DNA from: Candidatus Kapaibacterium sp.
GTDB lineage: Bacteria > Patescibacteriota > Patescibacteriia > UBA9934
Assembly (NCBI GenBank): GCA_044350705.1
Contig: JBILHA010000001.1
Span: forward strand, 355,431-419,430
Direction of reading: 5' to 3'
Length of the DNA: 64,000 bases
Part shown: piece by piece, positions 16,946-24,927 of the stretch
How positions within the stretch are numbered: position 1 is the stretch's first letter
How the letters are laid out: the number at the start of each line of letters is the position of its first letter
Notes under the pieces: model-generated
What the model saw: only the letters and a program-made list of their open reading frames with translations
Told to the model about the DNA's origin: nothing
Database searches by the model: none
Program-made: the position numbers and the translations under genes

Positions 16946-17110
16946 TCAGAACGTCCGGATGAAGTCCGAGACGTCCGAGAGGAAGGGGCTTAAAAGCCCC
17001 TGGTCATCGGCTTCCCTGAGGGCGAACCAGAGGGGAAGACCGAAGAAGATCGCGATTATGACGAGGCATCCGCCTCGTCCCCCCGGTGGTGGGGCGTTTT
17101 GTTCCTCCAT
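16946..17110 (-). CDS. small single-TM protein (54 aa; MEEQNAPPPGGRGGCLVIIAIFFGLPLWFALREADDQGLLSPFLSDVSDFIRTF); below the ORF-track length cutoff
   Basis: Manual translation. SD AGGAGA lies 4 nt before the ATG. It is immediately upstream of the 63-aa gene on the same strand. Confidence 0.35.
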   Translation of the reverse strand: MEEQNAPPPGGRGGCLVIIAIFFGLPLWFALREADDQGLLSPFLSDVSDFIRTF

Positions 17111-17318
17111 CGTTTCTCCTGAATTGGCTGAAAAAGCGTAGCAAAAAATGCTGCTTTTTACAACTCTGTGAGGGTCTTTTTTCTCCTTTTTGATGACTCT
17201 TGTGGAAATGATTAGGTTTTCTTGACGTTATCCTGTATAGTTTCCTTGACCAAATACTTATTCTTTTCTATACTTATTGCGCTTTCAATTTAATGCTGAG
17301 AGCGCCACAAGCCCGCTT

Positions 17319-17534
17319 ATGGCGGAAAAACAATTCCTCGAAATTCGTGGGACGGTCCAAGAGGCCTTGCCCGCAGGCGCTTTCCGCGTCAAGTTAGAAA
17401 ACGACATGGAAGTTATCGCGCATCTTGCCGGTAAACTCCGTCAGTTCCGCATCCGGGTCATGCCGGGTGACGATGTCAAGTGTGAGATCAGTCCGTACGA
17501 TCTCACCAAGGCACGAATCACGTTCCGCTTCTAG
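17319..17534 (+). CDS. infA: translation initiation factor IF-1
   Basis: [71 protein letters not shown] (72 aa). The track ORF starts earlier at 17277. Confidence 0.85.
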   Translation: MAEKQFLEIRGTVQEALPAGAFRVKLENDMEVIAHLAGKLRQFRIRVMPGDDVKCEISPYDLTKARITFRF

Positions 17535-17557
17535 CGGACGGCATCTCCTGCCTCTTC

Positions 17558-17724
17558 ACAAAATCATCTTAGGTTTCCCAGGATGATTTTGTGTTATGGA
17601 GAACGCATTTATTTTGTCTATTTTCGTCCAGCTCCTTGCTTGTGTCGACGGCGTACTAAGAAGTACGCCTTGACGACCCAAGCGGCGTCGCAAGCCGAAA
17701 CTAGCCTAAAATAAATGCGTTCTC
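17558..17724. other. Highly structured non-coding element between infA and rpmJ. It comprises a 12-bp stem hairpin at 17558-17594 and a 17-bp perfect inverted repeat (gagaacgcatttatttt / aaaataaatgcgttctc) flanking a 91-nt core that contains an inner 8-bp hairpin. It is a candidate r-protein leader/attenuator RNA or a MITE-like insertion.
   Basis: Read directly from the sequence. Confidence 0.4.
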
Positions 17725-17767
17725 TCGCAGACGTATTTTTGTTCAGTTTAATTCATAAGCTTCGCGT

Positions 17768-17881
17768 ATGAAGGTTCGATCCTCAGTGAAGAAAATCTGC
17801 CGCGACTGCCAAGTTATCCGCCGTTTTGGTCGGGTGATGGTCGTGTGCAAGGCCCCGAAGCATAAACAGCGACAGGGTTAA
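17768..17881 (+). CDS. rpmJ: 50S ribosomal protein L36
   Basis: [37 protein letters not shown]; below the ORF-track cutoff, found by manual translation. Confidence 0.85.
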   Translation: MKVRSSVKKICRDCQVIRRFGRVMVVCKAPKHKQRQG

Positions 17882-17889
17882 TAAAAGCT

Positions 17890-18276
17890 ATGGCACGTAT
17901 TGCTGGAGTTGCACTCCCCTCACAAAAGCGCATCGTGATCGCGCTCCAATACATCTTTGGAGTTGGCGAGACACGTGCAAAGCAGGTACTTGCAAAGGCT
18001 CAGGTTGACGAGAATATTCGTGTAAAAGATCTCTCCGCAGATCAGGAAAACACGATCCGAACGATCGTGGAAAAAGAATATCGCGTTGAAGGTGACTTGC
18101 GCCGTGACGTTCTTTCGAACGTTAAGCGCTTGAAAGATATCGGTTCTTTCCGCGGAACGCGCCACGCAAAGGGTCTCCCTGCTCGTGGTCAGCGTACGAA
18201 GACGAATTCCCGCACGGTGCGTGGAAACGTTCGTAAGACTGCAGGAAGCGGTCGCCGCATGCTTACCAAGACCTAA
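17890..18276 (+). CDS. rpsM: 30S ribosomal protein S13
   Basis: MARIAGV...GLRH-like motif [22 protein letters not shown]. Confidence 0.9.
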   Translation: MARIAGVALPSQKRIVIALQYIFGVGETRAKQVLAKAQVDENIRVKDLSADQENTIRTIVEKEYRVEGDLRRDVLSNVKRLKDIGSFRGTRHAKGLPARGQRTKTNSRTVRGNVRKTAGSGRRMLTKT

Positions 18277-18288
18277 TGCATTGATGCT

Positions 18289-18762
18289 ATGACTGAAGAA
18301 GTAAAAGACATCACCACTGCAGAAGGTGCTGAAGCAACCACTGCAGCTTCTGCGAAAGCAGGAAAGAAGTCTGATCGCGTACTTACCGCAAAGGGTAAAA
18401 AGCGCACGTTGAAACAGATTCCACAAGGCTGTGCGTACATTCACGCCAGCTACAACAACACCATTGTGTCCCTCACTGATCCTCATGGAAATCTTATTGC
18501 ATGGGCATCGGCTGGTAACTGTGGTTTTAAGGGTCCTAAAAAGGCTACTCCTTACGCTGCAAGCGTCGTAGTCAAGAAAGCTGCAGAAAAAGCAGCGGTA
18601 TACGGACTTAAAGATATTCAGGTGTTCGTAACGGGTATTGGTAACGGTCGTGATGGTGCTATGCGCGCGTTAAACGCAAATGGCTTCAACGTCCTCTCTC
18701 TCACCGACACCACGCCAGTTGCACACAACGGCTGCCGCCCACGTCGTGCACGCCGCGTGTAA
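18289..18762 (+). CDS. rpsK: 30S ribosomal protein S11 (with N-terminal extension)
   Basis: IHASYNNTIVSLTDPHGN...GFNVLSLTDTTPVAHNGCRPRRARRV. Confidence 0.9.
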   Translation: MTEEVKDITTAEGAEATTAASAKAGKKSDRVLTAKGKKRTLKQIPQGCAYIHASYNNTIVSLTDPHGNLIAWASAGNCGFKGPKKATPYAASVVVKKAAEKAAVYGLKDIQVFVTGIGNGRDGAMRALNANGFNVLSLTDTTPVAHNGCRPRRARRV

Positions 18763-18777
18763 TGCAGACATTATTCT

Positions 18778-19398
18778 ATGGGAAAAAATTTACGCCCACT
18801 TGGAAAGCTGAGCCGTCGCGAAGGCGTGCCCCTTTCCACTTCTACGAGCGTTCTCAAAGTCATGCAACGTCGTCCCTACGCTCCTGGCGTACACGGCAGT
18901 CCTTCCGCACGACCTGCAAAGGTTTCTGTGTACGGACAGCAGCTGCGTGAAAAGCAGAAGGCAAAGCGTTTGTACGGCATTTTGGAAAAGCAGTTCCGCA
19001 ACTACTTCACCAAGGCTGCTGCAATGGAAGGAAATACCGGTGAACACCTCTCTCGTTTGCTTGAAACTCGTCTTGATAACGTCGTGTATCGTCTCGGCTT
19101 TGCAAAGACCCGTCCTCAGGCACGTCAGATGGTTAGCCACTGCATGTTCATGGTCAATGGCAAGATGGTGAATATTCCGTCGTATCATGTACGGGTGAGC
19201 GACGTGGTAGAGATTCGTCCTGGGAAGCAAGCAAAGAAGGTTTTCTCCGATCTTGCTGAGCGCCTCAAGACGCATAAGGTTCCTGGGTGGCTTCATCTGG
19301 AGGAGATGAAGGGGAAGATAGTAAGTGCTCCAGCTGGTGAAGATCTCAAGGAAGCGTTCGATCCTACGTTAATCGTCGAATTCTATTCCATGCGCTAA
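18778..19398 (+). CDS. rpsD: 30S ribosomal protein S4
   Basis: LSRREGV...YGILEKQFRNYF...LDNVVYRLGFAKTRPQARQMVSH (S4 domain). Confidence 0.9.
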   Translation: MGKNLRPLGKLSRREGVPLSTSTSVLKVMQRRPYAPGVHGSPSARPAKVSVYGQQLREKQKAKRLYGILEKQFRNYFTKAAAMEGNTGEHLSRLLETRLDNVVYRLGFAKTRPQARQMVSHCMFMVNGKMVNIPSYHVRVSDVVEIRPGKQAKKVFSDLAERLKTHKVPGWLHLEEMKGKIVSAPAGEDLKEAFDPTLIVEFYSMR

Positions 19399-19401
19399 GC
19401 G

Positions 19402-20178
19402 GTGCTTAGCCTAATCTTTATCCGTATGGAGACCATTTTTCTTCCCTCAAAGATGCACATCGCCGCTGGCGACGCGCCAAATATGGCTACCCTTACCATT
19501 GAACCGCTCCACCATGGATACGGGACAACGGTAGGAAACGCTCTTCGTCGCGTGCTCTTGTCTTCTTTGCCTGGAGCTGCAGTCACTGCAGTGAAGATCA
19601 AGGGAGTGCAGCATGAATTTCAGGCGGTTACGGGTGTAAAGGAAGATGTCCTTGATATCATCCTTGCACTTAAACAACTCCGCATGAAGGTGCATGCCGA
19701 TGAAGCGGTGACGCTTAAGTTGACGAAGAAAGGCGAGGGTCCGGTAACCGCAGCAGACATTGAAAAGAATGCTGATGTGGAAATCGCGAATCCAGACTTG
19801 GTTCTCGCAACGATCACGACGGCATCTACGACGCTTGATATGGAAATTACCGTCTCTCGTGGACGTGGATTCCTTCCTACCGAGGAACGCGAAGATACTT
19901 CTTCCGATATCGGCGTGATGGCAATCGACGCGCTCTTTAGCCCGGTACGCCAGGTGAGCTTGAAGGTAGAAAATACGCGTGTTGGAGACATCACGAACTA
20001 CGATAAGCTCATCATGAACATTGAAACTGACGGTACGCTTGCTCCCTCCGATGCTCTTGAGCAAGCAACAAAGATTCTCATCAATCATTTTACGTGGATG
20101 CAGGGACAATTGAGCCATGCTTCACTGACTGAACAAATTGTTCGCGCAAAGGAGGAAGCGCCGAAGAATGACGAATAA
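19402..20178 (+). CDS. rpoA: DNA-directed RNA polymerase alpha subunit, N-terminal domain only (no alpha-CTD encoded)
   Basis: TIEPLHHGYGTTVGNALRRVLLSSLPGAAV aligns to the E. coli alpha-NTD. The protein ends about 25 aa after the NTD, and rplQ starts 6 nt later. The start codon is uncertain (candidates 19426, 19453 and 19483). Confidence 0.85.
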   Translation: MLSLIFIRMETIFLPSKMHIAAGDAPNMATLTIEPLHHGYGTTVGNALRRVLLSSLPGAAVTAVKIKGVQHEFQAVTGVKEDVLDIILALKQLRMKVHADEAVTLKLTKKGEGPVTAADIEKNADVEIANPDLVLATITTASTTLDMEITVSRGRGFLPTEEREDTSSDIGVMAIDALFSPVRQVSLKVENTRVGDITNYDKLIMNIETDGTLAPSDALEQATKILINHFTWMQGQLSHASLTEQIVRAKEEAPKNDE

Positions 20179-20183
20179 CCCCT

Positions 20184-20534
20184 ATGCGTCATAATAATAA
20201 AAATAAGATCTTGAGCCGCAAAGCTCCGCTTCGCAAGGCGCTCATCCGCGATCTCGTTACCGCCATGGTAACGCATGAACGTATTGAGACTCCTCTCGTA
20301 CGCGCAAAAGTTGCACGTCAGCAGCTCGAAAAGCTGGTGACGGTAGCAAAGACACCTTCGCTCCAGGCACGTCGTCGCCTTCTTGCATTCTTCACCACGG
20401 AACAGCCCGTGAATAAGATGTTGGAAGTGATCGGACCACGCTACAAGGATCGCAAGGGTGGATACACGCGTGTCATCAAGATGGGTACCCGTCTTGGAGA
20501 TGCTGCAGAAACCGCTATCATTGAATTCGTGTAG
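20184..20534 (+). CDS. rplQ: 50S ribosomal protein L17
   Basis: MRHNNKNKILSRKAPLRKALIRDLV...GGYTRVIKMGTRLGD. Confidence 0.9.
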   Translation: MRHNNKNKILSRKAPLRKALIRDLVTAMVTHERIETPLVRAKVARQQLEKLVTVAKTPSLQARRRLLAFFTTEQPVNKMLEVIGPRYKDRKGGYTRVIKMGTRLGDAAETAIIEFV

Positions 20535-20535
20535 T

Positions 20536-20895
20536 ATGACGAAGCAAATTGAACGCAAGACCTACACGGTAGATGCTACCGATAAAGTTCTCGGTCGCTT
20601 GGCAACGGACATTGCTCGTCACCTTATGGGAAAGACGAGTACTTCCTTCCAGCCGCACCTTGATGTAGGCGATCACGTTACCGTTACCAACGTGGCAAAC
20701 ATGAAGGTAACTGGTAAGAAGTACGAACAGAAAGTTTATCATCATCACTCTGGTCATCCAGGTGGTATCAAGGCTAAGACGATGCGTCAGTTGTGGGAGC
20801 AAGATCCTGCACTTGTTCTTCGCGCAGCGGTTTCCCGTATGCTTCCTAAGAACAAGCACCGTGACACTCGTTTGCAGCGCCTCACTATTTCCTAA
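20536..20895 (+). CDS. rplM: 50S ribosomal protein L13
   Basis: MTKQIERKTYTVDATDKVLGRLATDIARHLMGK... The track ORF starts earlier at 20458. Confidence 0.85.
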   Translation: MTKQIERKTYTVDATDKVLGRLATDIARHLMGKTSTSFQPHLDVGDHVTVTNVANMKVTGKKYEQKVYHHHSGHPGGIKAKTMRQLWEQDPALVLRAAVSRMLPKNKHRDTRLQRLTIS

Positions 20896-20900
20896 GGCAT

Positions 20901-21296
20901 ATGGCAGAACAGTATTTTCACTCCGTAGGTCGCCGTAAGACCGCAGTTGCCCAGGCACGTCTTTCCCCCGGTGGAAGCGGCAAGGTAACGGTCAATGACC
21001 GCCCCATGGAAGAGGTGTTTACCACCCAAACGCTCCAGCTTACCGTTGTTCGCCCTCTTGCTGAGTGTGGAAAGCGTGAAGCCTTTGATGTAGAAATCAA
21101 AACGGCAGGTGGAGGAATCGTTGGACAAGCAGAAGCTGCTCGTTTGGCGGTTGCTCGTGCGCTTGTCAAAATGGACGAGGCGCTCAAGCCAGCTCTCAAG
21201 GCTCCCGGTCTTCTTACCCGCGACCCTCGCAAGAAGGAGCGCAAGAAGCCAGGTAAACGCGGTGCACGTCGTTCACCACAGTGGCGCAAGCGTTAA
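20901..21296 (+). CDS. rpsI: 30S ribosomal protein S9
   Basis: C-terminal GKRGARRSPQWRKR. Confidence 0.9.
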   Translation: MAEQYFHSVGRRKTAVAQARLSPGGSGKVTVNDRPMEEVFTTQTLQLTVVRPLAECGKREAFDVEIKTAGGGIVGQAEAARLAVARALVKMDEALKPALKAPGLLTRDPRKKERKKPGKRGARRSPQWRKR

Positions 21297-21345
21297 TTGT
21301 AAAGGTTCTTTTTACAAACACCATCTCTTTTTTGGGATGGTGTTT
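21297..21345. terminator. tandem hairpins after rpsI (ttgtaaa...tttacaa and aaacaccatc...gatggtgttt); likely operon terminator
   Basis: Read directly from the sequence. The T tract lies mainly inside the second loop. Confidence 0.4.
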
Positions 21346-21409
21346 GTATATAGGCAAGCGATCATGTCGCTTCCCGTGATGCGCTTGATGGCGCATGACG
21401 GGAGGTGAC

Positions 21410-21928
21410 ATGGCACGACGCCGAGTATTGCACGGCGGCTACGAGCCGTCGCCGGCATTTTTACAAAACAATCCTGCCTGGCGGCGGCAGGGTGGAGGTG
21501 GTAAACCTCAGAGCGAGGCGACTTCGCTCCATCATCTTCTGCCCCGTTCGCGGGGCGGATCAAATGGCGGTACCAACCTGGTCCGCCTGCCTCATGCTTG
21601 GCATGAGGCGTGGCATTGGGCCTTCGGACTTGCCACGCCCGATGAGGCGGTGACGTGGCTTGCAGGTGGTGAGGAGTGTCCCCTGGAGGCGTGGGGGACG
21701 TGCGAGCCTTCAGAGATGAGGCTTCGCGCGCTGTTCCCCCTCTCGTCAGGGGGCTTCTCCCGTGCCCGCCTGGTTGCCCTGCTCACCGCGGTGCTGCAGG
21801 GGAATCTCGTGTGGAGTACTCGGGCCCTTCTCCGCTTTGCCGAGATGACCGAAAAGAAGAGCAGTCGCTTGGAATTGGCGGAGCGGGCCGTTCATGAGCG
21901 GCAAAGTCGTCGGCCGCTTCGCTACTAA
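21410..21928 (+). CDS. small HNH-motif protein (cysteine-less HNH: LHHLLPRSRGGSNGGTNLVRLPHAWHEAWH), about 65% GC
   Basis: Strong SD GGGAGGTG before ATG at 21410. His-Asn-His spacing is typical of the HNH bba-Me motif. The track ORF starts at 21395. Confidence 0.45.
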   Translation: MARRRVLHGGYEPSPAFLQNNPAWRRQGGGGKPQSEATSLHHLLPRSRGGSNGGTNLVRLPHAWHEAWHWAFGLATPDEAVTWLAGGEECPLEAWGTCEPSEMRLRALFPLSSGGFSRARLVALLTAVLQGNLVWSTRALLRFAEMTEKKSSRLELAERAVHERQSRRPLRY

Positions 21929-21965
21929 ACCGCCACTTCCTCGCAAGGAAGTGGCGGTTCATCGT

Positions 21966-23423
21966 TTATCGTTCGCTGTATTTTTTGTAGACGTCTTCTA
22001 CTCCGTATTTTTTTGCTACTCTGGCGGGACTCATGCCGCGTTGGAGATCTTCTGCGGCTTGTTTTGCCCGTTCGAAGTGAAGGCGATGCTTTTCTGGGTC
22101 GAAATTTTTGCTTCCTTCGGCTTTGATGCGCATGGCTTGCGTTTCGTTCATGCTGGAATCTTTGAGAATAATAGCTCCGAGCACGCCGCGTTTTGCCATG
22201 TTTGGCTTCATGCCGAGGGTAAGGAGCATGTCGTGCGTGCGGGACCAGATGGTTTCTCCGCGTTGAAGATAAGGATGCGTGAGAGTATTTTGGGAATTTT
22301 CTTGCATTTTTTCTGGGGCATTTCGCGCATCTTGCTCTTGTTCGTATGTATTTTGTGTAAGTGAGCTCTCATCTTTTTCTTGTGATACGGTTTCGTGCAT
22401 TTGTGGCTGTTCCTCTGCTTCGGGAGATTGCGTAAGGAGGGCGTATGCTGTTCCGAGATCGAGAGTGTTTCCTACGCGCATTTTAGGTGATCGTGCTGCG
22501 TCTCCGGTAATGTTGTTCGCCTCGCGTAGCTCTTTGACGAGGGTGAGCGTAAGGGTTCCATCGACATCTTCAGTGCCCACGGTTTCAATGAGCTCGTCCG
22601 CGATTTTCCAAAGACTATCCCCCTTTTTTAAGGTATACGTTATGGTCAGTGGCTCGGGGGGAGCAAGGGTTTCTTCTTTTGCGGTAGTTTCTTGGGGTGC
22701 TAGGGTGTGTGGTGAAACTTCCGATTCACGCTCATGCGTTTCTTCTTTTTGCGGATCTTGTTTGTCTGCTTCTTGGTTGATCATGTGTGTCAATCCTAAA
22801 AATCCTGCCACTGTGGCTACAAACTTTGCGATCCTTTTTTTCCAGTTGTTTGGTGCTGCTTTTTTTGGTGCAGATGGGACGAAATGGTGCGGTCTCTCGG
22901 TCCATGCCTCTGGACCGTCGGGAATTGGTATTTCTTTTGTGATAAGCGAGGGCTTGGGCATGGTGATCGCCGTAGGGGCTTTTTGCGGGGCGCTCGTATG
23001 TTCTTTGCTTGGTTCATCGTCTCTATTTTCTTTTTGTTCGTGTAGCGCTGCTCGTTCCTTGCTTTTACTCCCTGCATCGCCAGGGATGATGATAGCTTTT
23101 TTGTTATTTTCTTTACCTTCTTCTTCAGGGCCTTTCTCTTCTGGCGTATCCATGCTTTTTGCTAAAAGGGAGCCGCGAACCATTTCATGATATTCACTCT
23201 CAAGCATGATTCCAGAAGATCCGCGTTGTTCCGTGATAGGAGTTGCTGATGCGGTGTTTGCGGTGTTTTCTTGCGTATCGTTTTCGGTTTCTTCTGAAAG
23301 AGGGAAGAGTTCTTCTTTATCAAATTCTGGGTTGGATTCTCTTCTTCTTGCTATTTCTGCTTTTTGTTTTTCAGATAGCGGTATTCCATGTAAAAAAGGA
23401 TTTTTTGAGCTTCTTTCATTCAT
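21966..23423 (-). CDS. LysM domain-containing acidic low-complexity protein with one TM segment
   Basis: LysM-like YTLKKGDSLWKIADEL. Hydrophobic IAKFVATVAGFLGL. Glu/Lys/Pro-rich throughout. Confidence 0.6.
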   Translation of the reverse strand: MNERSSKNPFLHGIPLSEKQKAEIARRRESNPEFDKEELFPLSEETENDTQENTANTASATPITEQRGSSGIMLESEYHEMVRGSLLAKSMDTPEEKGPEEEGKENNKKAIIIPGDAGSKSKERAALHEQKENRDDEPSKEHTSAPQKAPTAITMPKPSLITKEIPIPDGPEAWTERPHHFVPSAPKKAAPNNWKKRIAKFVATVAGFLGLTHMINQEADKQDPQKEETHERESEVSPHTLAPQETTAKEETLAPPEPLTITYTLKKGDSLWKIADELIETVGTEDVDGTLTLTLVKELREANNITGDAARSPKMRVGNTLDLGTAYALLTQSPEAEEQPQMHETVSQEKDESSLTQNTYEQEQDARNAPEKMQENSQNTLTHPYLQRGETIWSRTHDMLLTLGMKPNMAKRGVLGAIILKDSSMNETQAMRIKAEGSKNFDPEKHRLHFERAKQAAEDLQRGMSPARVAKKYGVEDVYKKYSER

Positions 23424-23477
23424 ATCGCATGTAGTATATCAATTCTCTTTCACTTTCTGATAGGATATGCGCACGGT

Positions 23478-24926
23478 ATGTCCACACTTACAAAAAATAC
23501 ATTATTTCTTACGGTTGCTTCGGTAGGGCAGAAAGCGATTGCGTTCCTCTATTTTGCGCTTATTGCGAATCGTTTGGGCGATGAGTCTTTGCTTGGTGCG
23601 TATTTTCTCGCGCTTGCGCTTACAACTACCATTGGCGTTTTGGATGATTTGGGCATGACGTCGGTGGTTATTCGCGAAACGGCAAAAGCGCCACAAGAGG
23701 TAAAGCGATTATTGAAGAATGTTTTGGGATGGAAAGTATGCGCAATGCCTTTCACGGCGCTTCTTGGAGTATTTCTTCCTTCGGTTCTTGGTTTTTCTCC
23801 CGAGGCAACGCTTCTCGTGTGGTATGCCATTGGCGTCATGCTTGCCGATACACTCTCGGTTACTTTTTATGGCGCTTTGCGTGGTTTGCAGGTGGTGAAG
23901 TATGAGGCGTTGGGTATTTTTGTTGGACAATCGCTCACGACCGTGTTTGGTGCGAGTGCATTATTTTTTGCACCTTTTGATTTGCGCCTTTTGATTGTCG
24001 CTCTTCTTGTGGGGAGTGTATGGAATGCGCTGTTTAGCGCGGTACACGTTGCGCGACGCTTGGGAGCCTCTTCGCTTGTTCCTTCGTGGACCATGGGATT
24101 GGCGCCGCTTAAAATGGGATCGATGTTTTTTCTTGCGGCGCTTTTCGTGAAAATTTATTCGTACATTGATTCGTTTACGATCAAGATGGTGTTAGGGCAG
24201 GGGGCGGTTGGTGTATATAGCGTTGCGTATAAACTTGCGTATGCGTTTCAGTTTTTGCCGTTGGCGTTTGTTGGTGCGCTTTATCCAACCATGAGTGCGC
24301 AATTACATGATCGGGTGAAGTTGAAGGAAACGTTTTTGCAGTCGGAATGGTATTTGGCGCTTTTGGCCGCACCGGTTGTTTTTGGCTTGGCGGCGCTTGC
24401 TCCTGAGGTTATTGGGCTTGTGTATGGCGATCGGTACCTTGAGGCCGCTCCTGCGCTTCAAGCACTTCTTGTGGGGCTTTGGTTTATTTTTATGGATTTC
24501 CCCGTGGGTTCGCTCTTGAACGCTTCGGGTATGCAACATAAAAAGACTGCGGTGATGGGCGTTGCGATGGTGATTAATTTTATTGCGAATATTCTTTTGG
24601 TTCGTGCATTTGGCATTGTGGGAGCGGGATATTCGGCGATTCTTACGTTTGTTGCGTTGTTTGGTGCAGGATTTTACTTTGTTCGTTCGGTGGTGTCGGT
24701 CTCATTTCGAGAATGGTGGGGGAGTGTGCAGGGTGTTACTTTTGCAGGATTAGGCATGTTTGCAAGCGTACTCGTGCTGAAAGAAGTGTTTGGTATGGTG
24801 CATCCACTTGGATGGTTGTTAGCGATTCCTTGTGGAGCGGCGATCTTTTTTGCGCTTGGGTGGTGGTTTGGCGGAATTCGAAAAGATCATGTACAGTCGG
24901 TGAAACATCTTTTACGACGCAAGTAG
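23478..24926 (+). CDS. oligosaccharide flippase family protein (Wzx/MOP superfamily)
   Basis: 482 aa with many TM helices. N-terminal LFLTVASVGQKAIAFLYFALIANRLGDESLLGAYFLALAL is typical of Polysacc_synt. Confidence 0.7.
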   Translation: MSTLTKNTLFLTVASVGQKAIAFLYFALIANRLGDESLLGAYFLALALTTTIGVLDDLGMTSVVIRETAKAPQEVKRLLKNVLGWKVCAMPFTALLGVFLPSVLGFSPEATLLVWYAIGVMLADTLSVTFYGALRGLQVVKYEALGIFVGQSLTTVFGASALFFAPFDLRLLIVALLVGSVWNALFSAVHVARRLGASSLVPSWTMGLAPLKMGSMFFLAALFVKIYSYIDSFTIKMVLGQGAVGVYSVAYKLAYAFQFLPLAFVGALYPTMSAQLHDRVKLKETFLQSEWYLALLAAPVVFGLAALAPEVIGLVYGDRYLEAAPALQALLVGLWFIFMDFPVGSLLNASGMQHKKTAVMGVAMVINFIANILLVRAFGIVGAGYSAILTFVALFGAGFYFVRSVVSVSFREWWGSVQGVTFAGLGMFASVLVLKEVFGMVHPLGWLLAIPCGAAIFFALGWWFGGIRKDHVQSVKHLLRRK

Positions 24927-24927
24927 T

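Noticed and set aside
16632-17141. 169-aa plus-strand ORF in the GC-rich patch
   Set aside because: Featureless low-complexity product. The two minus-strand small genes here have proper SDs and TM helices. A long wrong-strand ORF is expected in 65% GC DNA.
18790-20118. Minus-strand ORFs of 168, 124 and 223 aa inside the ribosomal protein operon
   Set aside because: Antisense to rpsD and rpoA. Shadow ORFs of highly expressed genes.
22279-23190. 303-aa plus-strand Ser/Cys-rich ORF
   Set aside because: Antisense to the LysM gene, whose frame is coherent and acidic. This frame is low-complexity shadow.
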